IMG/VR virus record: IMGVR_UViG_3300035232_000453 | Length of the DNA stretch: 64,000 nucleotides | From: a virus | Direction: 5' to 3' (one strand) | In this document: positions 18,276-28,933 of the stretch, piece by piece | Numbering within the stretch: the stretch's first letter is position 1 | Layout of the letters: every line of letters begins with the position of its first letter | The notes under the pieces: generated by a model | Told to the model about the DNA's origin: nothing | Databases searched by the model: none | Seen by the model: the letters and a program-made list of their open reading frames with translations, nothing else | Translations under genes and position numbers: made by a program

Positions 18276-19439
18276 TTATGAGAACTTAAGGTTACCTGAT
18301 GCAACGTCAATTTTCGCTAAGTAGTCAGCTGCATTACCAAGAGATGAAGCTTGGTTGTTTAGCTCAACATAGCCATAACGTGTCATAAATGATACTGTTG
18401 GCTCGAAAGTTGATGGATCAAGTACTGTGCCTGAAGACATTAATGGAATGTATGGGCAATAGAATGCTGCCGCATCAATTTCACCGTCGCCTTTATAGCC
18501 AACTAGTACTGGAGCATTATCTGCCGCGTACTGGTCAACGAAAACACGCATAGTATTATTCAAAGTACCAACAAATTTAGTGTTAGTTGGAGCTTCAAAT
18601 GGACCTTCAGTTGTTCTTGCAAACGCTGAAGTTGTCGCACTTTGTAGTACTGTTAACATTGTTGGTGAAACAACAACGTAGTTACCTGCGCCACGACGTG
18701 TACGTGTAGCGATTAGGTTTGCAGATCTGTTAATAAGAACCGCTAGTGCAGCATGCTCGTCACCGACGAAAGTTGCTTGTCCTGAAACAGCGCCTTGGTC
18801 GTATGTGTCTGCAGCTGTACCTGCTAATGTACGTAGTGAAGTTAAAACTTCTTGATCGATTTCAGCAGTAATTTCTTGTGCAAGTGCTTGCATGATTTCT
18901 GCTTCAACGTCTAGACCGTGCATTGAATTAGCATCTTGTGCCGCTTCAAAAGTCCAACGTGCTGATAGTTTACGTGTTTTAGCTTCAACAGTTTGTTTCA
19001 ATACTTGGATTGAAAGTTTACGACCTGCTTCTGCTTCTAAAGAAGAAGTTGAAGTCGCTTTACCTGTTGCTGCGTCACCTGAGTAACCTTTTGCAATTGC
19101 AAATGGGCTTAGTGCTTCGTCGCCTGCTGTTGCAGTTGCGGCTGTTTCACCATATCTTACTCTTAGTGTGTGAATTTGTCCTACTGGACCTGTCATAGGT
19201 TGTACACCTACTAGTTCGTTCGCGATAACTGTTGGCATTACACGACGAATAACTGGAAGAATCACTTTGTTAAGTGATGCAACGTTACCTGCCATTGTTG
19301 TACCAGCTGCGGCTGATTCTGAAAGATAGCTCTTAGTGTTTTCTAGAACTGACTCCATAACAACCTTTTTGTTACCTGATAAACCATCTGTTAGTGCGTC
19401 TTTAGTTACGCCCCAATTTTCAAATAGATTCTGTGTCAT
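18276..19439 (-). CDS. gp23: Major capsid protein (T4 gp23 family)
   Basis: VGVQPMTGPVGQIHTLR, KTRKLSARWTFEAAQD, FYCPYIPL, FMTRYG motifs. Confidence 0.95.
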   Translation of the reverse strand: MTQNLFENWGVTKDALTDGLSGNKKVVMESVLENTKSYLSESAAAGTTMAGNVASLNKVILPVIRRVMPTVIANELVGVQPMTGPVGQIHTLRVRYGETAATATAGDEALSPFAIAKGYSGDAATGKATSTSSLEAEAGRKLSIQVLKQTVEAKTRKLSARWTFEAAQDANSMHGLDVEAEIMQALAQEITAEIDQEVLTSLRTLAGTAADTYDQGAVSGQATFVGDEHAALAVLINRSANLIATRTRRGAGNYVVVSPTMLTVLQSATTSAFARTTEGPFEAPTNTKFVGTLNNTMRVFVDQYAADNAPVLVGYKGDGEIDAAAFYCPYIPLMSSGTVLDPSTFEPTVSFMTRYGYVELNNQASSLGNAADYLAKIDVASGNLKFS

Positions 19440-19451
19440 TTGGAATTCTCC

Positions 19452-20549
19452 TTAGTTGATTCCTGCTAACTTTTTAAGGTTAATAATTTCGGCTTCATTT
19501 GCAGTTTCATTTGCAGTTGCTGCCTTGTTACCGGTAATCACAGTCTTCTGTGATTCTGTTAGTTTTTGTGATTTAACTGTGCTTGATTCATTTAATACTG
19601 TTGGTAAGTATTTGTTGAATTGAGCTTTAAGTTTACTTGTGCTTACGCTTTCAAGTAAGTTGTTCATTAATTCACGCTTATCTTTAGATAGTGGAGACAT
19701 AAGTTCAGTTATAACTGCCTCACGCTCACGGCTTTCGTTAATTGCTGCAACTTTATCAGTTGCTTCGGTAATTTTTGCCTCTCTATCTGCAATTTCTTTT
19801 TGTGATTCGTCAAGTTGACTCTTCACATCTGAAAGTTCTTTTGAAAGTTTAGAAATATGTGTTCCTTCAGCTATATGTGAACTCATAAACTCAGCTGCAA
19901 AAGTTTCGAACAGTTTACGTCCAAACATATTTTCTTTTGCTTGCTTTATATCTTCTTTCAACGTACCTAATTCAGTTGATAATGTTGTATCAACAATATT
20001 AGCTAGTTTAGTTGAAGCTTTGTCAATGAAATCAGTTTTAGCTTGATTGATCATTTCTTTACCTTCCGCAACAAGTTTTACCTTTTGTTCAATAAGGTCT
20101 TTCTTGTCATTATGGAATTCATTAAGTTCTGAAGTAAGTTGTTCCATCACAAAATCTTCTAGCTTCTCAAAGTTGCCTTCTTGTAGCTTTCTGTCTTTGC
20201 GTAGTTCTGTAATTTCCTTGTTAAGCGTTTCCATAACAAACTTATCAAGTATTTCTGCATGTTCTGAGATTTTACGTTTGTACTCAACTTGAGCTTCTAC
20301 TGCCGCTTTTTTGTCCGCTGCAAATTCTTGCAATTCAGTGTTAATCGTATCTGATACCATGGCATCTAGTGCTTCCACCATTGATGTCTTATCAGTTTCG
20401 TATCTGTTTGCGAATTCTTCACGTAATTCAGCAGTGATCTCTTCTCGAGCTTCTGTTAAACGTTCTTCCCATGCTTCTGAAAGTGTTGAACGCACTTCCT
20501 CAGAAAGGACTTCGGAACTTAGGAGTTGTTCTATTGCATTATTAGCCAT
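19452..20549 (-). CDS. gp22: Prohead core scaffolding protein (gp22-like)
   Basis: Glu-rich coiled coil between protease and capsid; FGRKLFETFAAEF motif. Confidence 0.8.
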   Translation of the reverse strand: MANNAIEQLLSSEVLSEEVRSTLSEAWEERLTEAREEITAELREEFANRYETDKTSMVEALDAMVSDTINTELQEFAADKKAAVEAQVEYKRKISEHAEILDKFVMETLNKEITELRKDRKLQEGNFEKLEDFVMEQLTSELNEFHNDKKDLIEQKVKLVAEGKEMINQAKTDFIDKASTKLANIVDTTLSTELGTLKEDIKQAKENMFGRKLFETFAAEFMSSHIAEGTHISKLSKELSDVKSQLDESQKEIADREAKITEATDKVAAINESREREAVITELMSPLSKDKRELMNNLLESVSTSKLKAQFNKYLPTVLNESSTVKSQKLTESQKTVITGNKAATANETANEAEIINLKKLAGIN

Positions 20550-21179
20550 CTAGCTTCTCCTAATGTTTAGTTTTTCAATGAACTTTAATACTTCCTTCTG
20601 GAGGTATTGATTTGCTATTGTGTCGTCTTTTACTGCGGTTGCAACATCCAATAAAATATTACCACGGTGTCCATTCATGATCTGCTCATATAGAGGATCT
20701 GGGTATGCATCCGGGGCACTTGGATTAGCAACAATATCAACAGTTTGTATTTCAAAATCACTGACATTACCGCTTTCTGCTACGTTACCACTACCTCTTG
20801 ACGAAACGCCAAGTTTTACTCCGTTTTCTAAAAGGGTTTTACAAATATTTCCCATTGGAGTTGGTAACAGTTTTAAACGACCATAACCGTCTTGGCCGTC
20901 CATCCACATTTTTTCAATCATGTGAGATACACGGTCCAAATTGACTTGCAAATCATCTGGATGATCTGCTTCGCCTAATACTGAATAACCAGTTTCAATT
21001 TTTTCTTGTATTGCCTTAACGGCTTTTGAAATTTCTGTAACTGGATAAACTCTACTATTTTGATTACGCTTGTCACCTTGTACAAAGATACCTTGCATAA
21101 ACAAGTTCTTACCTTCCTGATCTGACTCAGTAATGATTTTTGCTTGATCGTAACTTAGGTTCTCTTTTAGTGTAAGCAT
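20550..21179 (-). CDS. gp21: Prohead protease (T4 gp21 family)
   Basis: NQNSRVYP, LGEADHP, LGVSSRGSG, DIVANPSAPDA motifs. Confidence 0.95.
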   Translation of the reverse strand: MLTLKENLSYDQAKIITESDQEGKNLFMQGIFVQGDKRNQNSRVYPVTEISKAVKAIQEKIETGYSVLGEADHPDDLQVNLDRVSHMIEKMWMDGQDGYGRLKLLPTPMGNICKTLLENGVKLGVSSRGSGNVAESGNVSDFEIQTVDIVANPSAPDAYPDPLYEQIMNGHRGNILLDVATAVKDDTIANQYLQKEVLKFIEKLNIRRS

Positions 21180-21181
21180 AA

Positions 21182-22024
21182 TTAGTTAGCCTTGCCTTTT
21201 TTCTCAGCACCGTGGCCTGCTGGGTTTGCTTTAAGATCGTCTATGTCTTGTGGACCATCAACGTTCATATCTTTAGCATCGCCTGTTAAGCCTTTTTTAG
21301 CGCCTTCTGAAGATTTCTTAGACATGTCTACTGTTTCGCCGCCCATGTCGTTCTTACCTGCAACTGGTGACGCTTTACCGTCATCGCCTGCTGGCATACT
21401 TACTGGAGCTGCTTTTAGTTCTGCACCTTCTTCGATTTCTTCTGAGTCTTCATCAGTTTCAGCATCAGTTTCTTCAATTACTGGAGATACTGCTTCTTCC
21501 ATTTCTGGTTCCATTTCTGGTTCCATTTCTGGCATAGCTTCTTCTTCTGAATCACCCATTACTTTGGCAAATTCTGCTTTAAGATCTGCTAGTGCGTCTT
21601 CGACGTTTACTAACTTATCTTCAATTTCTTCATGCTCTTCTTCGTGTGCTGATTCTTCACCATCACCGTCAAAGTCCATGTCGCCATCTTCGTCTGATAA
21701 TTCCATTTCAGCTTCTGGGTCGCTTAGATCTGATTCAGGAGCGTCTTCGCCGTCTTCATCTTCACCGAACATTTCTTCTGCTTCGATTTCTTCATCATCT
21801 TCTTCGATGTCGCCGATAAAGTCGTCAGCTTTTTCGTCGCTGATCGCTTCATCAATTTCTTCTTCTGCAACTTCATCTTCAACAACTTCGTCAGCTTCGA
21901 CTAGGTCATTCCAGATTTCACGTGCTTTTTCTACGAATGCTTCGTGTAATAGATCCGATGCTTGTGCTTCTTCACCATTAACTAGGCTTTCAATTACTTT
22001 AATATAACGTTCGCGAGTACTCAT
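21182..22024 (-). CDS. Highly acidic prohead core protein (gp67/gp68-like position)
   Basis: Start reassigned to MSTRERY (AAGGAG RBS, ACTAAATA box at 22057-22064); D/E-rich; 12-bp tandem repeat x3 at 21497-21532. Confidence 0.7.
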   Translation of the reverse strand: MSTRERYIKVIESLVNGEEAQASDLLHEAFVEKAREIWNDLVEADEVVEDEVAEEEIDEAISDEKADDFIGDIEEDDEEIEAEEMFGEDEDGEDAPESDLSDPEAEMELSDEDGDMDFDGDGEESAHEEEHEEIEDKLVNVEDALADLKAEFAKVMGDSEEEAMPEMEPEMEPEMEEAVSPVIEETDAETDEDSEEIEEGAELKAAPVSMPAGDDGKASPVAGKNDMGGETVDMSKKSSEGAKKGLTGDAKDMNVDGPQDIDDLKANPAGHGAEKKGKAN

Positions 22025-22093
22025 TTGACATTCTCCTTTAAAGGTTATAACATGTGTATTTAGTCTTGGCATAGAGCAAGATGTCTTAAATAC

Positions 22094-22122
22094 AAAAAAA
22101 ACCGTGGTTTTGAAGTCACGGT
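22094..22122 (-). terminator. Rho-independent terminator
   Basis: ACCGTGACTT-CA-AAACCACGGT followed by T-run on minus strand. Confidence 0.75.
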
Positions 22123-22156
22123 AGTGATTTTAGGCATTATAAGTGTATATTACTTA

Positions 22157-22351
22157 CTATGCTTCGGGGCTAGCGCCGTACTGTAGTTGCACATCTTCTA
22201 TCTTATCTGCATGCTCACTACGAGTCATTTCGCGTCTATTACGCATTTTGTTTAGATGTTTTAGTGTCAATTTAGGTCTACGAGTATCATCCTCGTCCCA
22301 TTTATTGAAGTTATCATCTTGTTCATTTTGTGCTAATTCATTAAATCGCAT
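22157..22351 (-). CDS. Small conserved head-module protein (64 aa)
   Basis: Start reassigned to MRFNELAQNE overlapping the portal stop; DTRRPKLTLKHLNKMR motif. Confidence 0.65.
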   Translation of the reverse strand: MRFNELAQNEQDDNFNKWDEDDTRRPKLTLKHLNKMRNRREMTRSEHADKIEDVQLQYGASPEA

Positions 22352-24014
22352 CGTCTGGTACTCCTGTGTCTCCACCTGTATCGGCATCGCCACCGTCTGT
22401 TGGTAGATCATCTAATCCTTCGTCATTGGCATTCTCTGCTCCTACGTCTGTAGGTTCAAAGCTATCTACGTCTGAGCCTCTTAGACCCATTCCACCTAAG
22501 TCGCCTGTAGCTGACCCGGCTGGTTGATTGCCTGCTTGATTTTCTTCTTTCCACATTCTTTCGTTCTCAACCATTTCTTCTTCGTTAAGTCCCAAATATC
22601 TTTGAAGTATAAATCTCTTAGATAAGTATGGAACACCTTCGATAGAACTAAATAGGTTTGCCTTTTGAGCATCAATTTCAATTGTTCTATATTGTGAGAA
22701 ACTCTGTGGTTCACTAAATGTTAAATTAAACAAACTAGCACTAACATCAACACCTCTATGCTTACAGAATAATTTAAACTCGTGGTCTAAAGACTGTTGT
22801 AGTGTTAATTGTAATCTTTCGCAATATTTTGCAAAACGGAATTCTTGGATCATTGCAGTACCAATTCGTCCGTCATTAAACGCCGCTATACCGTCTTCAC
22901 TTCCAGTAGGAAGGTACGATGTTGGTACACGAAGTCCACGCATAAGTTTGTTGTTAAAGTACTTTAAATCATCAATCTCACCTAGGTTTTCACCACCTGG
23001 TAATACTTCAACTTTAGATCCACGTCCTTCAGCTGTTTGAGCAAAGAAGTAATCTTCCATTATTGATAACGGGTTATAAGCTGCATCAACAACTTTAGTA
23101 CCACCGCCACTCATATTTGGAATACGTGTTTGGTGTACTTCATTTTTAACTCTTTCAACAAAGCCCATTGCCTTGTGTGCTGGCATATTACCAACATCAA
23201 CATAAAATACTCTACGCTCTGGAGCTCTTTGTACACGATAGATAATAATACTATCTTCTAATAATTCTTTTTGTTTGTATACTTTAAATACTGGTTCTAG
23301 TATACTATCACCAAATGGCCAGTTGCCATTCATTCCGTCTGATAAACTAACATGTACTACATGTCTAGCATCAACGGCAAATTCTGAATTTTGTCCACCT
23401 GATGAATTTGGTGTAACAATGCCCGAGTTTCCTTTACCAACTGTATAACCAGTTGTTGGATTTACTGCGGTTGAATCTGAATGTTTCTTAGTATCAGTTG
23501 CTACCAAGTCATGTAAGTTAAGTGCTATATTTTTAATAACATATTGATCAATTTCTCTGCCTTCACTTTCGTTAACAATTGCTTTGGCAATGTCACCCGG
23601 TTGTACAAAGATAAGTTTATATGTTTCTGGATCTCTGATAAAGAACTGATCACCGTATTTAATACAAGATCTAAACATAGTAAATATTCTACGTTCAAAG
23701 TTATTAATAGCAACCCACTGCTTTAATGTAGTTTCTAATGCACTTACTTCTGAGTCAGTTGGGCTTGTTTTGTAATTAATTTCAAAAGGCAAATTTGATT
23801 CTGGGTTTAATTGTGTACTAAATTCTGCAATAGTATCTAGTGCTGCATTAATCTCACTGTCTTGGTCCATTTGATCGTACTGTGTGTAACGCTCAACACG
23901 ATTTGGTTGACCTGAATATACTTCCGGTAGCCAACTTTGCCAGCGATTGTTACTCGTGGTTCCGGTTGTTCCACCTGGTGGATTATATTTTGTAAAGTGT
24001 TTTTTCCAACTCAT
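22341..24014 (-). CDS. gp20: Portal protein (T4 gp20 family)
   Basis: LLEDSIIIYRVQRAPERRVFYVDVGNMP, EDYFF, LPGGENLGEIDDLKYF motifs; late box GATAAATA at 24039-24046. Confidence 0.95.
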   Translation of the reverse strand: MSWKKHFTKYNPPGGTTGTTSNNRWQSWLPEVYSGQPNRVERYTQYDQMDQDSEINAALDTIAEFSTQLNPESNLPFEINYKTSPTDSEVSALETTLKQWVAINNFERRIFTMFRSCIKYGDQFFIRDPETYKLIFVQPGDIAKAIVNESEGREIDQYVIKNIALNLHDLVATDTKKHSDSTAVNPTTGYTVGKGNSGIVTPNSSGGQNSEFAVDARHVVHVSLSDGMNGNWPFGDSILEPVFKVYKQKELLEDSIIIYRVQRAPERRVFYVDVGNMPAHKAMGFVERVKNEVHQTRIPNMSGGGTKVVDAAYNPLSIMEDYFFAQTAEGRGSKVEVLPGGENLGEIDDLKYFNNKLMRGLRVPTSYLPTGSEDGIAAFNDGRIGTAMIQEFRFAKYCERLQLTLQQSLDHEFKLFCKHRGVDVSASLFNLTFSEPQSFSQYRTIEIDAQKANLFSSIEGVPYLSKRFILQRYLGLNEEEMVENERMWKEENQAGNQPAGSATGDLGGMGLRGSDVDSFEPTDVGAENANDEGLDDLPTDGGDADTGGDTGVPDDAI

Positions 24015-24063
24015 AATGTATGCCTTTTATTGTATTTGTATTTATCTATTTACTTATTAACGT

Positions 24064-26082
24064 TTACGCTGAAAATCTCATACGCTGTTTTCTAAGTTGA
24101 TCAAAATTAAGATCTTCTGCATTTTTTACCCTAACTTCAGCTAGTTTATTACTTTCTTGCAATATATCCATTTCTCGTTTAGCTCTCTTAATAGCATCAT
24201 CTGTTAAACTCAGCCATGCAGTTTTATGTATTATACTACTATTATCATCATTTGTCAAGTTCGCTGTGCTAAAAGACATGGGTTTACTCTCTACAACACT
24301 TGCTGTTTCAGGTATTTCGTTTGCAAATGCAGAATCTGACCCACGTGTTACTTGTGCGTCACTAGTAGATGCAGTAGGTGTAAGCGAGGAAGTTTCTGTT
24401 GTTGTTTCATTTAATTCAGTTGCATTACTACCAAGTATATGCTCAAATAATGAATTAGATGATTTATTTAATGTTGAAGTAGTATCTGTTGCCCAACTAG
24501 TCATTGTTTCTAATGCACTACCAAATGTTTGCATAGGAACTGTAATAAACTCCTGTGCTGTTAAAAACATTTTAGCCATATCATTCATTGCTACTGTGGT
24601 TTTTCCAGACTCACCTAGTTTTGATTTAGTATCAACTAAATACCCATCAATTTCGGTATCAGTTTTATTGATCCAGTTTTTAAAATTCTTATTAATAAGT
24701 ATACCAGTTGATTGCAATTCTTGTATTAAACGTAAAGGCGAACCTGCTTCAGATCCAGCAGTTGCAATTTTTGTCATGTCTATTTTAGCAAATTCTTTGA
24801 CCATAAAGTTTTTAGCAACTTCTTCGCTTGCTTCACCGGAACGCACCATATCATTAATTCTGCCTAGGAAGCCTGGCATAGCTTTATCAAATGCTGCTCG
24901 TTGTTCTGTTGACATACCTGTTTCAACTTGAAACCTACTTATATCATCTGAAAACTCAACTAAGTTTCTATTAAATGCATCTTCGAGAGATTGCATTATT
25001 CCTGCCGCTGGTCCTGTGTCTTTAATTTGACCTAATTGTATCATTAATTGTTCAGCTGCTTTGGCAGTTTTTTCTAATCCCTGATCTCTTAAAGTTTGCG
25101 TACCTGCTGCTAAAAATTCATTACTCATTGCTGTCATAGCTGCCTGCAATGCTTCGCTTCGATTTAATGATGTTAGACTTGCCATAGCTGAACTTTCAAC
25201 TACTAAATTTATAAAACTCTTTTCTAACTCTTCGCCATTGTTTGCTAATTTTTTATCAAGGGCGCCAGTTAAACGTTGTGTTTCCATATACTGTGTATAC
25301 GTTTGCAATAATTCATTATTCAACATTCCAAGATCGCCTAGCGAATCTGTAGTAGTTGACATGCTTTTAAACATTTGTAATAATCTTACAGAGCCACCAG
25401 ATACATCACCGCCAAGTGCTGTCATTGTTCCACCGAAGTTTCCAACTGTTTCTGCAAATTTATCATATGTTATACCTGCCTGAAAACTATCTGTATATAA
25501 ATCATCAAAAATATCACCTGTCTCATAAAATATAGAACCAGCATCAATCATTGTTCGTTGTACTTTTGCAAACTGTTCGTACTTGGCTGCATTCCAACCT
25601 GCAAATGCTAATGCGGCATCTGTAGCAACTGCCATGCCTCCGCCAAACTTTTCAAAGAAAGGTTTAATACTTGGAATTTTTTCTGTTAAGTCCATTAGTC
25701 CACCTTTACCATTTGCATCTTTCATTTTGTCTGCTAATGTTCCAGCTGCATCAACTAAACTACTTAACGGTGTTTCAGAGTCTCCAAAAAAGTCTGCTAC
25801 GCTATTAACTTTTTTAACACCACCCATTATTGAATTAGCTGCATTTTCTGATTGTTTTTGATTTGTCTCGGCATTTCTAGCAACTGCATCAATGGCAGTT
25901 TCAACTGCATCTAATGTTGCTTGATTAATTTTTGCTGATTTTTTTGCATTTTGTAAAAGTTTTTTAGATAACACGTTAGTACCGTATGTGATATTTCCTA
26001 TACGTGCCATTGTGGCTTCTGTTGCCCAAGCTGGAACAACTAGCTCACCGTTTTGTGTTGGTATGTTATATGATTTTGCCAT
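24064..26082 (-). CDS. Tape-measure-like protein B
   Basis: Long helical A/G/M-rich protein; paralogous to 26084..27997; adjacent to gp26 locus. Confidence 0.55.
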   Translation of the reverse strand: MAKSYNIPTQNGELVVPAWATEATMARIGNITYGTNVLSKKLLQNAKKSAKINQATLDAVETAIDAVARNAETNQKQSENAANSIMGGVKKVNSVADFFGDSETPLSSLVDAAGTLADKMKDANGKGGLMDLTEKIPSIKPFFEKFGGGMAVATDAALAFAGWNAAKYEQFAKVQRTMIDAGSIFYETGDIFDDLYTDSFQAGITYDKFAETVGNFGGTMTALGGDVSGGSVRLLQMFKSMSTTTDSLGDLGMLNNELLQTYTQYMETQRLTGALDKKLANNGEELEKSFINLVVESSAMASLTSLNRSEALQAAMTAMSNEFLAAGTQTLRDQGLEKTAKAAEQLMIQLGQIKDTGPAAGIMQSLEDAFNRNLVEFSDDISRFQVETGMSTEQRAAFDKAMPGFLGRINDMVRSGEASEEVAKNFMVKEFAKIDMTKIATAGSEAGSPLRLIQELQSTGILINKNFKNWINKTDTEIDGYLVDTKSKLGESGKTTVAMNDMAKMFLTAQEFITVPMQTFGSALETMTSWATDTTSTLNKSSNSLFEHILGSNATELNETTTETSSLTPTASTSDAQVTRGSDSAFANEIPETASVVESKPMSFSTANLTNDDNSSIIHKTAWLSLTDDAIKRAKREMDILQESNKLAEVRVKNAEDLNFDQLRKQRMRFSA

Positions 26083-26083
26083 A

Positions 26084-27997
26084 TTATTCTAATCCTAATC
26101 CTTGTTTTGTTAACTCGCCTTCTTTTGTTAAAAGTTTTTGTTCGTATATTCTTAATTCAATTATCTGATCCTGTAATGATCCTAACTGGTTCTGTAATTT
26201 AACTATCTCTTCTTCAGTTAAATTTTCTTCAGTTTCTGGGTTTTTTCCATCTTCGATTAGTTCAAGTAATTCGTTTTTACTGTCTGTTCTAATTTGTACT
26301 GTATTTTTAACTGCCTCTATGTTAGCGTATATGTTATCGCTTGTCATAGTGTCAATACTTTCATTGTATCGTTTTTCTAAATCTCTGGCATATATTTCAT
26401 TAAATCTATCTTCGTGTTCTTTTCCAAATAATTTAGCAAGCCCTTTTCCAAGACCCATTAATCCACCAGTTAATACTGAAAACCCAGTTCCTAGTGTATC
26501 AAACCCAGGTGTAATAACTTCTTGTAAATTTTGAAAAGATACCGATACATTGTCAATTACATCAATTGATGTATCTGCATTTTCAACAAGTTTGGCAATA
26601 TAGTCGTTATCAGCTAGTCCACTTAAATCTGCTTTAAAATAAGAATCAGGTATAATTCTAGCCAGTGTTATTAGTTTAGTAGTTTCAAACAATTCAGGAG
26701 CATAAGCTGATACTCTCATAGTTCCATCTCTTATCATCTTAACAAACGCTCGTTGTCTTTCTGTTGCTTGTTCTTCTGTTGTTATTTGTCCAGTAGCAGT
26801 ATCCTCTACCATTTGGATGTATTCTTCTGCAACACCCGGTCCTACTAATCTTAACTTTGCTAAAAAGTCAGTATCAATATTATTAACTGCTGACTGATCG
26901 TATGAAATATCATTTAGCGTAGATGCAACATCGTCGCTAAAATTTTCTGCAAATTCCTGACCCATTGTAGAGTTATTAAGTACTGCAAAGAAACCAACAG
27001 CATCCGTAATATTTTTATCAGCAGTTTCTCCGTATTTCTCTTGTATAAATTTTGTATTCTGAATTAATGCAGTTTGTAATTCAACGTTATTTCTAGCTTC
27101 GTCTCTTAATTTTAATGCTTCGTCACGTTGTGTACCTAAAATGTTACCAGTAAATAATGCAAGTTTATTTGCAGATTCAAAACCTTCAAGTACTCGTTTT
27201 TTAGTTTGTGCATTGAATTCTGTTACTTGTCCTGTTTGATAAAGAGTTTCTGTTTCTTGTGTAATAAATCTAGCCTGATCTTGTATAGAAAAACCAAAGT
27301 CATTAAACCCATCACTCTTATCGATACTATCAATAAAGTCTGCCATATTTCGTTGTCCCATGTATGCTGACTTTCCTGCACTAACAATAAACGGCTTTGC
27401 TGCCTCTGTCATTTCCACATAGTCTTTTAGTCCCATACCGAGTAATCGTGTTTTACTTCTAAGTGTAGTCCACATCTGCTGATCACTTACTGTTGATCCA
27501 AATTCAATAAATGATCTACTTAACTTTTCTTGTTCTGTCATTAATTTAGCAAATACCATTGCTAATCCAGTTGCTGCAACTCCGCCCGTGCCTACGCCTT
27601 TTAGCACAGCTGCGGCGCCTTTTCCAGCTACTCCAAATCTAGAAGTAAAGTTACCGGTGGCTATTCCTGCATTTGCTAGATGCTTTGCTGCTTCATGTGA
27701 TAATTCTGCTACGGCGTTTGCTGCTGAGCTACCCGAAGTTGTAATATCCATACTTTTTTTAAGTTCTTTACCAACTGCTGTTGCTTTACTATCGCCTTTG
27801 TTTGCATCAGTTTTTGCATCGTCGGCTTCTTTGGCTATTTTTCTAACATCAGCTGGACTTAGTTTTCCAATTTGAGCTACTACCTGTGAAAGAGTTAATC
27901 GCATACCACCGAAGTTATTTGCAACAGATTGCAATGTTTCTTCTGATGCCCAGGGTGGTAAATTACCGAGTATAGCGTTTATATCTTGTTGGTCCAT
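26084..27997 (-). CDS. Tape-measure-like protein A
   Basis: Helical protein with G/A-rich hydrophobic segment; late box CATAAATA at 28055-28062 (minus). Confidence 0.55.
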   Translation of the reverse strand: MDQQDINAILGNLPPWASEETLQSVANNFGGMRLTLSQVVAQIGKLSPADVRKIAKEADDAKTDANKGDSKATAVGKELKKSMDITTSGSSAANAVAELSHEAAKHLANAGIATGNFTSRFGVAGKGAAAVLKGVGTGGVAATGLAMVFAKLMTEQEKLSRSFIEFGSTVSDQQMWTTLRSKTRLLGMGLKDYVEMTEAAKPFIVSAGKSAYMGQRNMADFIDSIDKSDGFNDFGFSIQDQARFITQETETLYQTGQVTEFNAQTKKRVLEGFESANKLALFTGNILGTQRDEALKLRDEARNNVELQTALIQNTKFIQEKYGETADKNITDAVGFFAVLNNSTMGQEFAENFSDDVASTLNDISYDQSAVNNIDTDFLAKLRLVGPGVAEEYIQMVEDTATGQITTEEQATERQRAFVKMIRDGTMRVSAYAPELFETTKLITLARIIPDSYFKADLSGLADNDYIAKLVENADTSIDVIDNVSVSFQNLQEVITPGFDTLGTGFSVLTGGLMGLGKGLAKLFGKEHEDRFNEIYARDLEKRYNESIDTMTSDNIYANIEAVKNTVQIRTDSKNELLELIEDGKNPETEENLTEEEIVKLQNQLGSLQDQIIELRIYEQKLLTKEGELTKQGLGLE

Positions 27998-28030
27998 GTG
28001 TTTCTGCTTATTAAGTACTGTTTTAATTTG

Positions 28031-28062
28031 GATAAATACTATTGTATTATACAGTATTTATG
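28031..28062. promoter_or_regulatory. Opposed late-promoter boxes for the divergent gp26 and tape-measure genes
   Basis: GATAAATA on + at 28031-28038 and CATAAATA on - at 28062-28055. Confidence 0.65.
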
Positions 28063-28102
28063 GCTTACCGTAATATACGTATATAATTGGAGAATATAAA
28101 GT

Positions 28103-28933
28103 ATGACAAACCCACTAATTCAGGCATATAAAAAGCCTTCTTTGTTTATTCCACTACCAAGCCAGGGCAAGTATTATAAAACCAAGCCAAAACTTAGTAT
28201 TGATAACGAACTAGCAGTATATGCCATGACAGCAAGGGACGAACTTATTACTAAAACACCAGATGCTCTGTTTAATGGAGAAGCCACTATAAGTTTAATT
28301 AAAAGTTGTTGCCCAGACATTGAAGAACCAGAATCAATGCCTGTAAACGATTTACTTGTAATTTTAATTGGTATTAGGCAAGCAAGCTACGGTAAAGAAA
28401 TTGACGTAGATGTAAAGTGTCCAAAGTGTGAATTTCAAAACCAATTGCAACTAGATGCAAACGTAATGCTATCCACAATAAATAATGATCCTATAGATCC
28501 TAGTGTAACATTGCCAAGTGAGTTTAAAATTATCTGTAATCCTTATACATTAACCGACAGAACTTTATTACAAGTTCAACAAGTTAAACAATCAAAAATG
28601 ATACAAGGACTAGCAGATGAAAACTTAGATGATGTTGATAGACAAAATTTATTCGGAAAAACATTTGTTGAAATTGCAGAACTTACTGTTGATTTAATTA
28701 CTAACAGTATTAGCAGTGTACAAGGAAAAGATACCGACGTAATTGATGATAAGGAAACTATAAGAGAATGGTTACAATCAATTACTAAATCAGATTATGA
28801 TTTAATAAAAAGCAAAATTGAAGAATTAAGTGAAAGTGGACTAGAAACTGAATTTAATGCTAACTGTCAAGATTGCGGTCATAGTTGGAAAACTGGTATT
28901 GACTTAGATATTGCAAATTTTTTCGAGGGCTGA
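28103..28933 (+). CDS. gp26: T4 gp26-like baseplate hub/tail assembly protein
   Basis: LPSQGKYY, LLVILIGIRQASYG, CPKC and CQDC zinc-ligand pairs, C-terminal NFF. Confidence 0.8.
   Translation: MTNPLIQAYKKPSLFIPLPSQGKYYKTKPKLSIDNELAVYAMTARDELITKTPDALFNGEATISLIKSCCPDIEEPESMPVNDLLVILIGIRQASYGKEIDVDVKCPKCEFQNQLQLDANVMLSTINNDPIDPSVTLPSEFKIICNPYTLTDRTLLQVQQVKQSKMIQGLADENLDDVDRQNLFGKTFVEIAELTVDLITNSISSVQGKDTDVIDDKETIREWLQSITKSDYDLIKSKIEELSESGLETEFNANCQDCGHSWKTGIDLDIANFFEG

Noticed and set aside
21192-22007. 271-aa Ser-rich + strand ORF
   Set aside because: Antisense shadow of the Glu/Asp-rich core protein.
26082-26084. Tape measure split by a frameshift or sequencing error
   Set aside because: Both ORFs begin with the same paralogous N-terminal motif, indicating duplication.
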